This document shows, in pieces, positions 27,094 through 36,966 of a stretch of DNA of 64,000 bases. Made by a program: the position numbers and the translations under genes. The notes under the pieces were generated by a model, which ran no database searches, was not told where the DNA came from, and saw only the letters and a program-made list of their open reading frames with translations. The stretch is from an uncultured archaeon (lineage in GTDB: Archaea; Thermoplasmatota; Penumbrarchaeia; JASLWR01), in contig CAYSHM010000001.1 in assembly GCA_964430885.1 (NCBI GenBank), positions 32,001 to 96,000 on the forward strand, written 5' to 3'. Every line of letters starts with the position of its first letter. Position 1 is the stretch's first letter.

Positions 27094-30000
27094 TCACGGA
27101 GGCAATGGAGGTTCATCGTCTGGAGGTACAGCCATATATGTTTGGGGAGTTGGATCATCGAGTAAAGGAGTTTCATCCCCGGGGATTCCAACGGGAGCAT
27201 CATCAGGCGGCATCTCACCAGGTGGTAGTGGTTCGCCTAGATCCAGCGCAGGAGCATCATTAGGTGGTATCATATCAGGCGGTAAGTCCTCAGGCGGAGC
27301 AGGGTCAGCCCCATCTTCACCGGTCGTATCCTCTTCGCCAACGCCCAAATCTATGGACTCTCCCTCAAACCCTGGAAGTACGGCCGTGGATTCCTGCATG
27401 ATCTCCTCATATGTTTTGGTATCCGCCTCGGTAACTCTTTCAGTTCCGGCACCTGATGATGAGAAAGCCACTTCCATTATTCTTCTTTCTTCCTCCTCCT
27501 TCTTTCTATTTTCTTTCTCCTCGACCTTGTGGTAGTGTCTTCGGCTCAGCAAAAATATAGCCAGAATGACAGTAATTACAACTATTATACTGATTATTAT
27601 GATCATCGTAAAGGGCATTTCTTCGGTTTTTTTATCATTATTGTCATCATCATCATCATCACCAGGTATATAAGGAGTAACAGTGATATTTATCCGGTCA
27701 ACCTCCTGAATGCTTTCGTTCCCGTCATTGCACAATAGAACTATGTCGTATACACCTTCAGAATTGAAATTGTGCAGGAGTATTTTTGTGCCGTTTGTTC
27801 CGGTCATCCTGTTATCCCAGGATATGGTCTGGTTGTTTGACTGCTTGAAGATCATCCATCCGAACTCTATCTGGTCGCCGTCAACATCGAAAACGGTTCC
27901 GTCTATTACCATCTCTTTGAGTGTCTTATCCCTGACATAGAATGTATAGTTCATATTCTCGATTTCAGGTGAGTTTGGATTTTTATCCACAACTTCGGTC
28001 CATATTTCCCAGTGGGTGATCACAGGTTCATCGTTAACAGGTTTGATATTGAATGAAATAGTTTTATCTGAATGCTCTTCGCCGTCAAGCACTCTTACCT
28101 TGAAGGATTCTAGGCCGTTGAAATCGGTCTTAGGAACATAGGATATCCTTGCTACTGTAGCGTTTCTTTTCGTAATGTATATTCTGTCTGGATCCTGTCC
28201 TATAAGTTCGAAGGAAAGGAATTCACCCCCGTGCTTCAGATCATCATCATGTACATTGACATACACGAAGGTGGCCTCTTCCTCATTTAGTTGGAATTCG
28301 ATGTCTTCAGACGGGAGGAAGGAATCATCGGAGTTGTTGAATCCAAGGAATACTGGCTTGTCGTTGGTATTGGAAATATCCACAGTGAAGTTCAGGTATT
28401 CGGAATATGTGTCCTTAATGAGTGACGCTTCATCATCATCCTCCAATAGAGCCCAAACTGAGTAATAGCCCACCAGATCATTATCCGGTGTAAAATTAAG
28501 TGTGTAGGTATAGGTATTGGTGTAGGGGTCAATTACTGTTTTTTCACCAATTTCTACACCAGGTATGGCCTCTGATAGATTGGTGGTTAAGGTTAAGGTA
28601 TCTTCAGGGTCCCTTGTGTCCTTTGCGACAATGATGATCTCGCAGTTCTTATCCTCTTTGGCATTTATAAGTTTTTTATTTGAGACTATCTCGGGTTCAT
28701 CATTTGTGCTGTTGATGGAAATGTTCACGTCCCAAGTAATGGAGCCCATAATATCAGATGCCCTGAAGGTTACTGCGTCAAAGGTTCCTGGTGGCATGTA
28801 TATATTAGGTTTTGGTGTGATCCTGAATGTGAGGTTCACAATGAAGGTAACAGTCATATTTGGACTGTCGTATTCCAACCCCCAGCTGCCGTTCTCATCC
28901 ATAATCCTCAACTGGACATCGTCACCCTCTGCATCATAGAATATCTCGTAGGGATCGAGATAAACTGGATTGGAATCTTCTTCCATATAGATTGTGGTTG
29001 GGGCCAACATGTTAATCTGGGGTGGGTAGTTCATGGGTAGAATTGTTATTATTGCCAATTCTACATTGTTCTGAAATATGTTCCCCCAGGGCCCGTAAGC
29101 AAAAATTTTTACAATATAGTTACGGTCCTCCGTACCTCTGGGAACTTTGAACTTGAATGAATAATTTCCATCATTGGCCACTAGATCCCCTTGGGTTCCA
29201 TTGTCGGCAAGCTCCGTCCGCAGTGATAAATCCAGTTCTGTCATGTTTGAATAAACATATTCGACATCATAGTTACCATCGGTATCCAGAACTTCGGCTA
29301 CAAGTGTACACATGGATTCGTTATCAGCCATAAGTCCCTGGTCCTGTCCAGGGTATATCACGTAGGGATTTTCCACTCTGGGGACGCAGTCGTTCTGATA
29401 GATGTCATGAACGGTGGCAGGCCACTCACCAGGCATTGCCGTATTATTTATGAATGGTTCGTTGCCCGTAACATCGTTCACCACTACTTCCTGTTCCCCT
29501 GGATTGGAGAAATTCAATTCGTACCACTGTAAATCCTCAGGGCGTTTTGATGCCCCGGTAAGTCCGCCAACCGTATAGGTAAGACCGTTCGTCTCATTGA
29601 AATTTGTAACACGTATAAATATATTGAATTTAGTGTTGGCATCTAGAGTGTAACCAAACCTCCCAGCTTTCAACCTGATCTCATATATTCTATGTTCATT
29701 CCTCTCACTGGCTCTGAAAGTGTAATTCTTGCCGTCTCCATTATCTATGGCGGCTAATACTGGGTTATCATACTTCAGGTCTTCATCTCTGTCTTCCGTT
29801 CCAGAGTCCTCCACCAACCAGCCTACCTTATCCTGCTGATAAGGTGGGGAATTAAATCCCGCGTAAGCTTCCATACCAAAATCCTTTACCTGATTGCGGG
29901 GGGTGTCAAAAGGTTTTATTTGACCGTCCCTATCGCCGTCTATGAGGATGGTGACGGAATCGGCGTTGTCCGGTATAACTGTCCGGTCTCCTTTGACCTC

Positions 30001-30231
30001 GATATAGAAATACATATATTCAGAATTGTATGCTACCGTGAGGTTGGTGGGTTGGAGGGCTCTGCTGATCTGCCCGTAGCCGTCAGATTTTTTTATGGAA
30101 CAGGAGGACATCGCCTTGTTGACAGATGTCAATTCAGAATCGAAGGATATTCCCAAAGGGGCAAGAAACAAGAAAATTACTGCAATTATAAGAAGTGGGT
30201 TGAAGGTTCTTTTTGGTATGTCCATGTACAT
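27094..30231 (-). CDS. Large cell-surface protein: DOMON/CBM9-like N-terminus, choice-of-anchor-X-like motif, cadherin/Ig-like repeats, TM and Pro-rich cytoplasmic tail
   Basis: Signal peptide; LADNGTQGDLVANDGNYS; repeated NYPP/NDEP/NDKP Ig junctions; TM + SRRH; tail ending PPDDEPPLPP. Confidence 0.8.
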   Translation of the reverse strand: MYMDIPKRTFNPLLIIAVIFLFLAPLGISFDSELTSVNKAMSSCSIKKSDGYGQISRALQPTNLTVAYNSEYMYFYIEVKGDRTVIPDNADSVTILIDGDRDGQIKPFDTPRNQVKDFGMEAYAGFNSPPYQQDKVGWLVEDSGTEDRDEDLKYDNPVLAAIDNGDGKNYTFRASERNEHRIYEIRLKAGRFGYTLDANTKFNIFIRVTNFNETNGLTYTVGGLTGASKRPEDLQWYELNFSNPGEQEVVVNDVTGNEPFINNTAMPGEWPATVHDIYQNDCVPRVENPYVIYPGQDQGLMADNESMCTLVAEVLDTDGNYDVEYVYSNMTELDLSLRTELADNGTQGDLVANDGNYSFKFKVPRGTEDRNYIVKIFAYGPWGNIFQNNVELAIITILPMNYPPQINMLAPTTIYMEEDSNPVYLDPYEIFYDAEGDDVQLRIMDENGSWGLEYDSPNMTVTFIVNLTFRITPKPNIYMPPGTFDAVTFRASDIMGSITWDVNISINSTNDEPEIVSNKKLINAKEDKNCEIIIVAKDTRDPEDTLTLTTNLSEAIPGVEIGEKTVIDPYTNTYTYTLNFTPDNDLVGYYSVWALLEDDDEASLIKDTYSEYLNFTVDISNTNDKPVFLGFNNSDDSFLPSEDIEFQLNEEEATFVYVNVHDDDLKHGGEFLSFELIGQDPDRIYITKRNATVARISYVPKTDFNGLESFKVRVLDGEEHSDKTISFNIKPVNDEPVITHWEIWTEVVDKNPNSPEIENMNYTFYVRDKTLKEMVIDGTVFDVDGDQIEFGWMIFKQSNNQTISWDNRMTGTNGTKILLHNFNSEGVYDIVLLCNDGNESIQEVDRINITVTPYIPGDDDDDDNNDKKTEEMPFTMIIIISIIVVITVILAIFLLSRRHYHKVEEKENRKKEEEERRIMEVAFSSSGAGTERVTEADTKTYEEIMQESTAVLPGFEGESIDLGVGEEDTTGEDGADPAPPEDLPPDMIPPNDAPALDLGEPLPPGEMPPDDAPVGIPGDETPLLDDPTPQTYMAVPPDDEPPLPP

Positions 30232-30265
30232 TGTGACACCTCGCGGCCTTAGTGATACAGCTCAT

Positions 30266-30289
30266 AGGTTATTAACCTGCAATATATAA
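30266..30289 (-). promoter_or_regulatory. TATA box with adjacent palindrome upstream of the surface protein gene
   Basis: TTATATATT at 30281-30289 (minus strand) followed by palindrome AGGTTA-T-TAACCT at 30266-30278. Confidence 0.4.
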
Positions 30290-30624
30290 TAAACATATAC
30301 TCTGCATGAATAATATGGATAAATACGGATTATCCTCTGGTGGAGAGTAAAATCGAGCAAGAAATAAGAGTATTATTCTATTTTATGGTTTTTGTTCTTT
30401 TTTATGGTAATTATTTCAAGTTGGATTGTTATGGTACTGGGTAAAAAACCTGAAATTTATTCCTCATTTATATTGAAAGTGCTGCAGATCACAGGGGAAC
30501 AGTCATTCAATTGATAGTTTTCTTACTACAATAATAACAAGTCAGGAATAATATTTAGAGATTTCTGATGGCAATAGAATTATATAAATGTAAATGAATA
30601 TGATGTATTAGAGGGGGTATTCAG

Positions 30625-30972
30625 ATGACAGATATGGGTAAGATAATCTGCTCCAAATGTAAACAGGAGAATCTTGAGAATACGTCTACCTGCTTCTATT
30701 GCGACCAAGATCTTTCCAAACAATGCGGAAATGCTCCAGTGAAAGAAGTAGGGGATGGGAAGAAATGGAGACCAGATTTTGTTGATATTCATCTACCTAG
30801 GGACGAGGGTTTGATCAGGATTTTGTTTAAAAACGAGATTTTGATACAGGGAAATAAGATACGCTTATTGTATAGAGGCAATGACGGAAAGTTCAGGGGT
30901 ATCAAAGATATCACCAGTCCTCAGATGCGCGCATTAATATTGGAGTTGAAGAGAGTTATCAATGATATATGA
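30625..30972 (+). CDS. Small zinc-ribbon domain protein
   Basis: CSKC-x10-CFYC at the N-terminus; GAGGGG RBS. Confidence 0.7.
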   Translation: MTDMGKIICSKCKQENLENTSTCFYCDQDLSKQCGNAPVKEVGDGKKWRPDFVDIHLPRDEGLIRILFKNEILIQGNKIRLLYRGNDGKFRGIKDITSPQMRALILELKRVINDI

Positions 30973-31067
30973 TATTTTTCACTAATGATGGTTATTTGTT
31001 AATATCAAAGATTCTATTCTAAGTAAGATTATCATTTGGATGATATAATTTTAGTTCTGGTGAAAAA

Positions 31068-31907
31068 ATGGTAGATGTAGCAGATTTCGTCATTGAGGTT
31101 CTGTTATCAACAGTGGTTCAGATGCTTGTTTTGTTCGGACCTCTTCTAGTAGCAGGATTTTTAATAGCAGTGTTTGAGAAATATTCCAACAAGATGCTTA
31201 TGACAGTATTCAGTTTCAAAGCGGTCATTTATTCAACTGGTTGGTTGGGTACACCCGTTCATGAGACTGGACACGCATTGTTCTGTCTGATTTTCGGACA
31301 CAAAATACACGAGTTCAAACCTTTTGCTCCTTCCGAAAAAGAGGGAGGAGGTTATGTTCTAGGATATGTTAAGCACAGTTCAAAGGGGAATATCTGGAAT
31401 AATATTGGTTACCTTTTCATAGGTACTGGCCCCATCATTCTGGGGTCTGCAGTAATAACACTTCTCATAGCGATTCCTGCAGGTGGTTTCTCATATTTCG
31501 GCCAGATGCTTGATCAGGCCCCGAATACAATAAATATCGATAGTTTTCTGGAAATGTTCAAAGGAGTTCTGGAAATAGTGTTCGATTCAGTTTTTTCCGA
31601 GGGATGGGGGACTTTTGCCACCTGGCAGTTTTGGGTGTTCTTCGTAGTTGCTGCGATGATAGCTCTTCATATGTCCCTATCGCCACCTGATCTTAAAAGT
31701 GCCTGGAAAGGTGCTTTGTTCTTTCTGCTGATCCTACTGATAGTGAATATTGTTTTTGTAGCATTTGGCTGGGACAGTTTTACACTGCATATAGCTAGCT
31801 ATTTGATGTTTACCACGGGCATACTATTCATTGGCGTTGTATTATCCTTCATAACAATGCTATTGATCATGGCTTTTACAGGTATAATTAGCAAGTTAAA
31901 AGGTTAG
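31068..31907 (+). CDS. Membrane zinc metallopeptidase, M50/M50B-like
   Basis: GTPVHETGHALFC (HExxH), GYVKH, GPII, SLSPPD; multiple TMs. Confidence 0.8.
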   Translation: MVDVADFVIEVLLSTVVQMLVLFGPLLVAGFLIAVFEKYSNKMLMTVFSFKAVIYSTGWLGTPVHETGHALFCLIFGHKIHEFKPFAPSEKEGGGYVLGYVKHSSKGNIWNNIGYLFIGTGPIILGSAVITLLIAIPAGGFSYFGQMLDQAPNTINIDSFLEMFKGVLEIVFDSVFSEGWGTFATWQFWVFFVVAAMIALHMSLSPPDLKSAWKGALFFLLILLIVNIVFVAFGWDSFTLHIASYLMFTTGILFIGVVLSFITMLLIMAFTGIISKLKG

Positions 31908-31990
31908 TATCAGCCTGGTGGGATGATGTGCGGTTCTCATTTCAGGAACGGGATAAATATAAATAAACCCTAATTAATGGCACCTTCAAT

Positions 31991-32866
31991 ATGGAAACTT
32001 GGTATATTTACACTATAGTAGCATTTATATGCTACGGACTGCAGAACTTTCTTTACAATTACTCGGCCAAAAAAAGCTATCCTACAAGTCAGGTCCTTTT
32101 CTTCTTCATGCTTACAGTAACAATATCCGCCGTGGTGAGCATGATAGCCCTAGGAGGTTCTTCCGACCCGACTAGATCACTTATGATATATTCACTTTCC
32201 AATGCTGTCCTTTTCCTGGTTGTAACGACCTCCACTATTGAGGCCCTCAAGACCATACCTTCGAACCTTTTTTATCCCATATTTAGAGCCAGCATTGTGG
32301 CGGTTATTCTGTTCTCATTGACATATTATAATGAGAATATATCATTCTCTCAGATCCTTGGAATAATCCTGTCAATAATGGTCATACTGCTGATTTTCAA
32401 GGAAAAAAGTGATTATTATGCTGAGATCAATAAGAATTGTAAAAGAGCTTCCCCTTACATTGCTGCAGCCTTTATATCAGGGGCTTTGGTAACAATAGTG
32501 GTAAAACTTGGTGCTGATGAGGGGAATCCTTTATGGTTTATTACAATGTCATATGGGCTGAACATATTTCTTGTTCTGCTGTTCAGAGGCAGGATCGACG
32601 GCAAGATTAAACCTGGGAAACAAAGAAATGACCTCAAGGGATCAATGATATTGGGAATAGGCATTGGAATACTGAATTTTGCAGGTTTCTATACATTGAT
32701 AAAGGCCTTTTCCACGGGCTCTCTAGCTATTGTAGCAACATTGGTGAGTCTCTCATTTGTAATTCCAATAATGCTCTCAATTCCGTTTTTCAAAGAAAGG
32801 GTTACGGTTATAAGGGTAGTCGTGATAGTGATGACAATAGGTGCGGCCCTGTTGTTGAGAATATAG
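31991..32866 (+). CDS. EamA/DMT family transporter
   Basis: Two five-TM repeats ending ...ENISFSQILGI and ...FFKERVT. Confidence 0.9.
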   Translation: METWYIYTIVAFICYGLQNFLYNYSAKKSYPTSQVLFFFMLTVTISAVVSMIALGGSSDPTRSLMIYSLSNAVLFLVVTTSTIEALKTIPSNLFYPIFRASIVAVILFSLTYYNENISFSQILGIILSIMVILLIFKEKSDYYAEINKNCKRASPYIAAAFISGALVTIVVKLGADEGNPLWFITMSYGLNIFLVLLFRGRIDGKIKPGKQRNDLKGSMILGIGIGILNFAGFYTLIKAFSTGSLAIVATLVSLSFVIPIMLSIPFFKERVTVIRVVVIVMTIGAALLLRI

Positions 32867-32886
32867 CCATGGATTGTTTGTGTTAG

Positions 32887-33132
32887 CTAAAGAATTATTT
32901 TTCCAACTTCGACAACCTCAACGAAATCAGTGAACTCATATGGTTTGTTTGTAACGGTGTAATAATTTTTTTCCTGCCAAACCATGAGATAAGAGTTTTT
33001 CTTCTTGAATAAACCCTTTTTGGCTGCATATACTGTTGGCTTGTAGGTTTTTGCCAGAGCATCTATAAATCCCTGTCTATCCAATTTTTCTACATTGCCC
33101 TGCGCCTTTACAGACCTGATCTTATTCGACAT
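32887..33132 (-). CDS. Small hypothetical protein
   Basis: 81-aa ORF in its own intergenic slot with a GGAGG RBS (about 33143-33149, minus strand). Confidence 0.7.
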   Translation of the reverse strand: MSNKIRSVKAQGNVEKLDRQGFIDALAKTYKPTVYAAKKGLFKKKNSYLMVWQEKNYYTVTNKPYEFTDFVEVVEVGKIIL

Positions 33133-33262
33133 AATTCACATTCCTCCGGAAGAATTGAAATGGATTATTTTAGATAATAATTATTGCATGAAAATATAAT
33201 TATGCATGGGTTCAGATTTCCTTCATATTCCTAATGTATAATAGAATACGGGAGGTATTGGA

Positions 33263-34042
33263 TTGGATAAAACTCAGGACAAGATAATAATATATTTCAT
33301 TGGGACTGCAGGTTCCGGAAAGACGACCTTATGCGGTTCCTTTGCCGAAACCCTGGAAAAGGAAGGCGGCAGCGTTTACAGGGTGAACCTGGATCCGGGT
33401 GTGGATACTCTGCCCTACACTCCGGATTATGATATAAGAAACCACATTGATCTTTTTGATGTTATGGAGGAGTATGAACTGGGGCCGAACGGGGCCCAGA
33501 TTGCCTGTGCGGACAACATCGCGTTTGAGGCCAAGAGAATAGCCAGCATAATTAATTCGTCAGAAGGTAATTATGTTATTATTGATACCCCTGGGCAGAT
33601 AGAGCTGTTTGCATACAGGAACTCTTCCAGTGTCATTATTGAAGAATTGGGTTCTTCAAGGTCGTTTTTCGTCTTCCTAATGGATCCCTTTCTGGCCCAC
33701 AGCCCCAGCGGTTTCATTACGCAGCATTTGCTCTATCTTTCCTGTCAATTCAAATTTCATATTCCATCCATGATTGTTCTTTCCAAAAGTGATATGATAG
33801 AGCTTTCAAAGATAGAAGAGATAATCGCTTGGTCCAGCGACCCAGATTCATTGTATGCATCATCCTTGGATGAAATCGTCACCGTTAGGAGTCAGTTCCA
33901 TATTGAGGTACTTCGTTCCCTAATGGATTTGGACCTTTTTACAGGTCTTTTCCCTTGTTCATCAGAAACTGGGGAGGGTCTACTGGACATTTACAATTAC
34001 ATCCAACAGATATATTCAGGCGGAGAGGACATATCCGATTAA
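33263..34042 (+). CDS. GPN-loop GTPase (archaeal GPN, ATP_bind_1 family)
   Basis: GTAGSGKTT, VNLDPG, LGPNGA, DTPGQIELF, SKSD; GGAGG RBS before TTG. Confidence 0.95.
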   Translation: MDKTQDKIIIYFIGTAGSGKTTLCGSFAETLEKEGGSVYRVNLDPGVDTLPYTPDYDIRNHIDLFDVMEEYELGPNGAQIACADNIAFEAKRIASIINSSEGNYVIIDTPGQIELFAYRNSSSVIIEELGSSRSFFVFLMDPFLAHSPSGFITQHLLYLSCQFKFHIPSMIVLSKSDMIELSKIEEIIAWSSDPDSLYASSLDEIVTVRSQFHIEVLRSLMDLDLFTGLFPCSSETGEGLLDIYNYIQQIYSGGEDISD

Positions 34043-34060
34043 GGTTCAATTGGTTTTTTT

Positions 34061-35101
34061 ATGGTATGTATCATAGTGCAAGGTGGAGCCTGGGCAATAC
34101 CTGCAAAAATGCACAGGGATAGTATTGAGGGATGCCGTAGGGCCGCTCTGGCAGGCCGGAAAATATTGAAAAGCGGAGGGTCGGCTCTTGATGCTGTCGA
34201 AGAAGCGGTTCGATCAATGGAATCCGATCCTATATATGATGCAGGCAGGGGGACAGTTCTGAATATGCGTGGCGATATTGAGCTTGACGCGATGATAATG
34301 AACGGCAGGGATCTGACTTATGGGTCGGTGGCGGCCGTAAAGGATATTCTTCATCCTGTATCTTTAGCTAGAAAGGTTATGGAGGATACCCCTCATTGTA
34401 TGGTAGCCGGAGAAGGAGCGAACCTTTTAGCTGAAAGATTTGGTATAGATAAATGCAGCCCAGAAGAGCTTCTGACCGAGTATGAGATGAATAAGAGAAA
34501 GAAAATCGAAGGGGGAGAACCCTTTGACCTGATGGGACAGTTTCGATATCCCGTACTTAGTGAACCCATGAGAATTGCCGCAGCTGGAACTGATATCGAA
34601 AGGGAGTCTGCCTCGATACCCGTGTCATGGATAAGGGTCAATAATAACAAAATGTTGAATATTTTAGAAGGATCAAAGTGTGATATGATATCACCAAAGG
34701 GCGATACGGTAGGAGCTTGCGCCTTGGATGCCGACGGTAATATTGCCACTGCCCTTTCAACAGGTGGGACGACCAACAAGTATCCGGGCAGGGTGGGAGA
34801 TACTCCTATAGCTGGCTGCGGAGGGTATGCTGATAATCATTTTGGAGCGGTTTCATCAACGGGTATGGGGGAATGGATCATGCGCTATATGCTCTCGGCC
34901 CGTGCTTTCAATGAACTTGTAAATGGCAGTGGCCCAATGGAAGCTTCAGTTAGGGCGGTTAAAGGGTTCGAGGAACGCATCGGCGGTTTGGGAGGTATGA
35001 TAATATTATCGAGGGATGGAAGAATGGGCCTAGCATATAATACGCCGTATATGCCCTATGCTTGGATTGAATGCAATGGTGATATTGTATTGGGAATATA
35101 G
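34061..35101 (+). CDS. iaaA: Isoaspartyl peptidase/L-asparaginase (Ntn hydrolase)
   Basis: VQGGA, ELDAMIM, GD-TVGA nucleophile Thr, STGG, GRVGDTP, STGMGE. Confidence 0.93.
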   Translation: MVCIIVQGGAWAIPAKMHRDSIEGCRRAALAGRKILKSGGSALDAVEEAVRSMESDPIYDAGRGTVLNMRGDIELDAMIMNGRDLTYGSVAAVKDILHPVSLARKVMEDTPHCMVAGEGANLLAERFGIDKCSPEELLTEYEMNKRKKIEGGEPFDLMGQFRYPVLSEPMRIAAAGTDIERESASIPVSWIRVNNNKMLNILEGSKCDMISPKGDTVGACALDADGNIATALSTGGTTNKYPGRVGDTPIAGCGGYADNHFGAVSSTGMGEWIMRYMLSARAFNELVNGSGPMEASVRAVKGFEERIGGLGGMIILSRDGRMGLAYNTPYMPYAWIECNGDIVLGI

Positions 35102-35153
35102 CATTCACCATCCATTTCTAACATCATTTTATATAAAATTTATCCGTAAATGC

Positions 35154-35168
35154 GGGAACTTTAATATA
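35154..35168 (+). promoter_or_regulatory. Probable promoter of the hub-protein gene
   Basis: GGGAAC-TTTAATATA about 40 bp upstream of ATG 35206; GGTG RBS at 35196-35199. Confidence 0.5.
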
Positions 35169-35205
35169 CTATAAATCTATTAAAAACACATTCCTGGTGT
35201 TAAAT

Positions 35206-36888
35206 ATGTCCGATAACAATATAGTAACAGATCTTGATTTGACAAAACCCTTTTTTTTGGTTCAAGTGGAAAGGGCCCAGGGTTCGGATAAGTTCTTTTG
35301 GTCACCTAATATGTTCATTGATGACGAGGCGCCTTCAGGATATGAAATCCAGGAGAATACCTATATTACCAGAATCGAGGTCAGCAATAATTTTGATCCT
35401 CCCGTAAATCAATGTATCCTTACTTTCAATCGGGTGGCGGGAACTCCACTGGATATTATTCCAGGGGATAAATTAGAGGTTTTCCTTGGATATTACAAGA
35501 GGGACGCCCTTACAGAACCTGAGTATGCTAAGGTCTTCACAGGATTTGTTTCAGAAATAGATAGACAGCTTACTGTATGCAGCGTCATGGCACTGAGTAA
35601 AATGCATATTCTTCTGTCGGTAAGAAAACATGTTGTCTTCAACAAGGATACTGCTGATAATATTATCAATAAATTGGTGGAAGATGTGGAGGGCATTGAG
35701 GTAAATGAAGTGTCCGCCAGCGAGATCCAAAAGAGCAAATATATTTTTTCACAGGCACGGAGCCTTTATGAAATAATCAAAGATCTATGCATACAGTCCA
35801 AATTCGATCTATACACTGATGTGAATGATAAATTGGTTGCTAAGCTTTGGGAACCTGAGAAATCATCCCCTGGCGATCACGGACTTGAGAAGATATATCC
35901 TGACACAAAAGATGCATCCAATACTAAACAGTATATTCATAATTTTTATTTTGGTTTGAACATATTAGGTATGGATATTAGTTATGTCAAATCCGATGTT
36001 GGTTCCGTGGAAGTGGTTAGCTTTTCCAGTTATGGTGAGGATAACGAGAACCAGTACTCCATCGAAAGGACTAGTTTTGTCAAGGAATTGGAGATAAGTG
36101 CCGATGAATATCAGCCCATGAATAAGAAGATCATTCAGCTCCCCTACACCCCTGCGGAAAGTGCCGAGAAGATCCAGGATAATCTATTATTTTATTACAA
36201 TCCAAAATTGAAAGGTTCCATAAAGGTAATTGGCTCGCCTCATGTAAGATTGAATGACGGTTTGAGGGTGGCCGGGAAGTTCTTTGGAAAACCGCCCTTC
36301 ACCGGGGTCACCTCCTCAGGAAGCGAGTGGGATGCAAGAGAATCGGAGGACACCGAATCCTCTGATGAGGGCAAAGGCAAGACCTTTCAGATTGTGGGTG
36401 TGAACCATATTTTCAGCTTCAAACAGGGTTTTATTTCAGAGTTTGGCATAGTTGAGAGAGAACCGCCTGAAGGCAGTACTGGTGACGAGGTGGAGGAAGC
36501 TACTGGGACTGAGGGTGCTGAAGGGGAACCCGCCGAGGAGCAGCAGGAGGATTACGGACAGTCCGTAGTGGCCCCCGAGTATCCCGAGGTTGCCGACAAG
36601 GAGGCGAATGCTCTGATGGAGGCCCAGCAAGAGTTCGTCCAGCAGATGGAGGGACTGATGAACAACGCTACCGAAGTGAAGACCGAGCGATCCGAGGTGG
36701 CAAAGGAGTATACAGACCTCCACCCCCAGCAGGAGGGGGGTTTAATGGATGCCTTGGATGATTTCCACACATCAATGGGAGATCTGAAGAGCAAGACAAA
36801 GGGCCTTTCCGAGGCAAAAAAGGATCCTGACGATTGGTACAAGAAGACCGAGAAGGAGAAGCCCAAGGCCTGGAAGGATGAGGAATAG
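35206..36888 (+). CDS. Contractile-injection/phage-tail baseplate hub protein (late control gpD / gp27 / VgrG N-terminal type) with a C-terminal extension
   Basis: Ordered gpD-type pattern: IEVSNNFDPPVNQCIL, GDKLEVFLGY, VFTGFV, FNKDTADNII, SLYEIIKDL...FDLYTD, GSIKVIGSPHVRLND, FQIVGVNHIFSFKQGF. No OB-fold or beta-helix follows; instead about 140 acidic/helical residues. Confidence 0.8.
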   Translation: MSDNNIVTDLDLTKPFFLVQVERAQGSDKFFWSPNMFIDDEAPSGYEIQENTYITRIEVSNNFDPPVNQCILTFNRVAGTPLDIIPGDKLEVFLGYYKRDALTEPEYAKVFTGFVSEIDRQLTVCSVMALSKMHILLSVRKHVVFNKDTADNIINKLVEDVEGIEVNEVSASEIQKSKYIFSQARSLYEIIKDLCIQSKFDLYTDVNDKLVAKLWEPEKSSPGDHGLEKIYPDTKDASNTKQYIHNFYFGLNILGMDISYVKSDVGSVEVVSFSSYGEDNENQYSIERTSFVKELEISADEYQPMNKKIIQLPYTPAESAEKIQDNLLFYYNPKLKGSIKVIGSPHVRLNDGLRVAGKFFGKPPFTGVTSSGSEWDARESEDTESSDEGKGKTFQIVGVNHIFSFKQGFISEFGIVEREPPEGSTGDEVEEATGTEGAEGEPAEEQQEDYGQSVVAPEYPEVADKEANALMEAQQEFVQQMEGLMNNATEVKTERSEVAKEYTDLHPQQEGGLMDALDDFHTSMGDLKSKTKGLSEAKKDPDDWYKKTEKEKPKAWKDEE

Positions 36889-36966
36889 CTTAAGGATTGG
36901 AATGGAATTTGAAATCCATTGATTTGGATTGAATTTGGATAAATGTGTTAATTCGGAGAGATTATA

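Noticed and set aside
36889-36960. GGAATTTGAAAT / ATTTGGAT short repeats resembling CRISPR repeat ends
   Set aside because: No regularly spaced 25-40-bp repeats with unique spacers and no cas genes; also no array elsewhere in the window.
36886-36966. The hub ORF ends in TAG in the same frame as the 1176-aa ORF, suggesting amber/pyrrolysine readthrough into one giant protein
   Set aside because: An in-frame TGA follows at 36910-36912, and the downstream gene has its own GGAG RBS.
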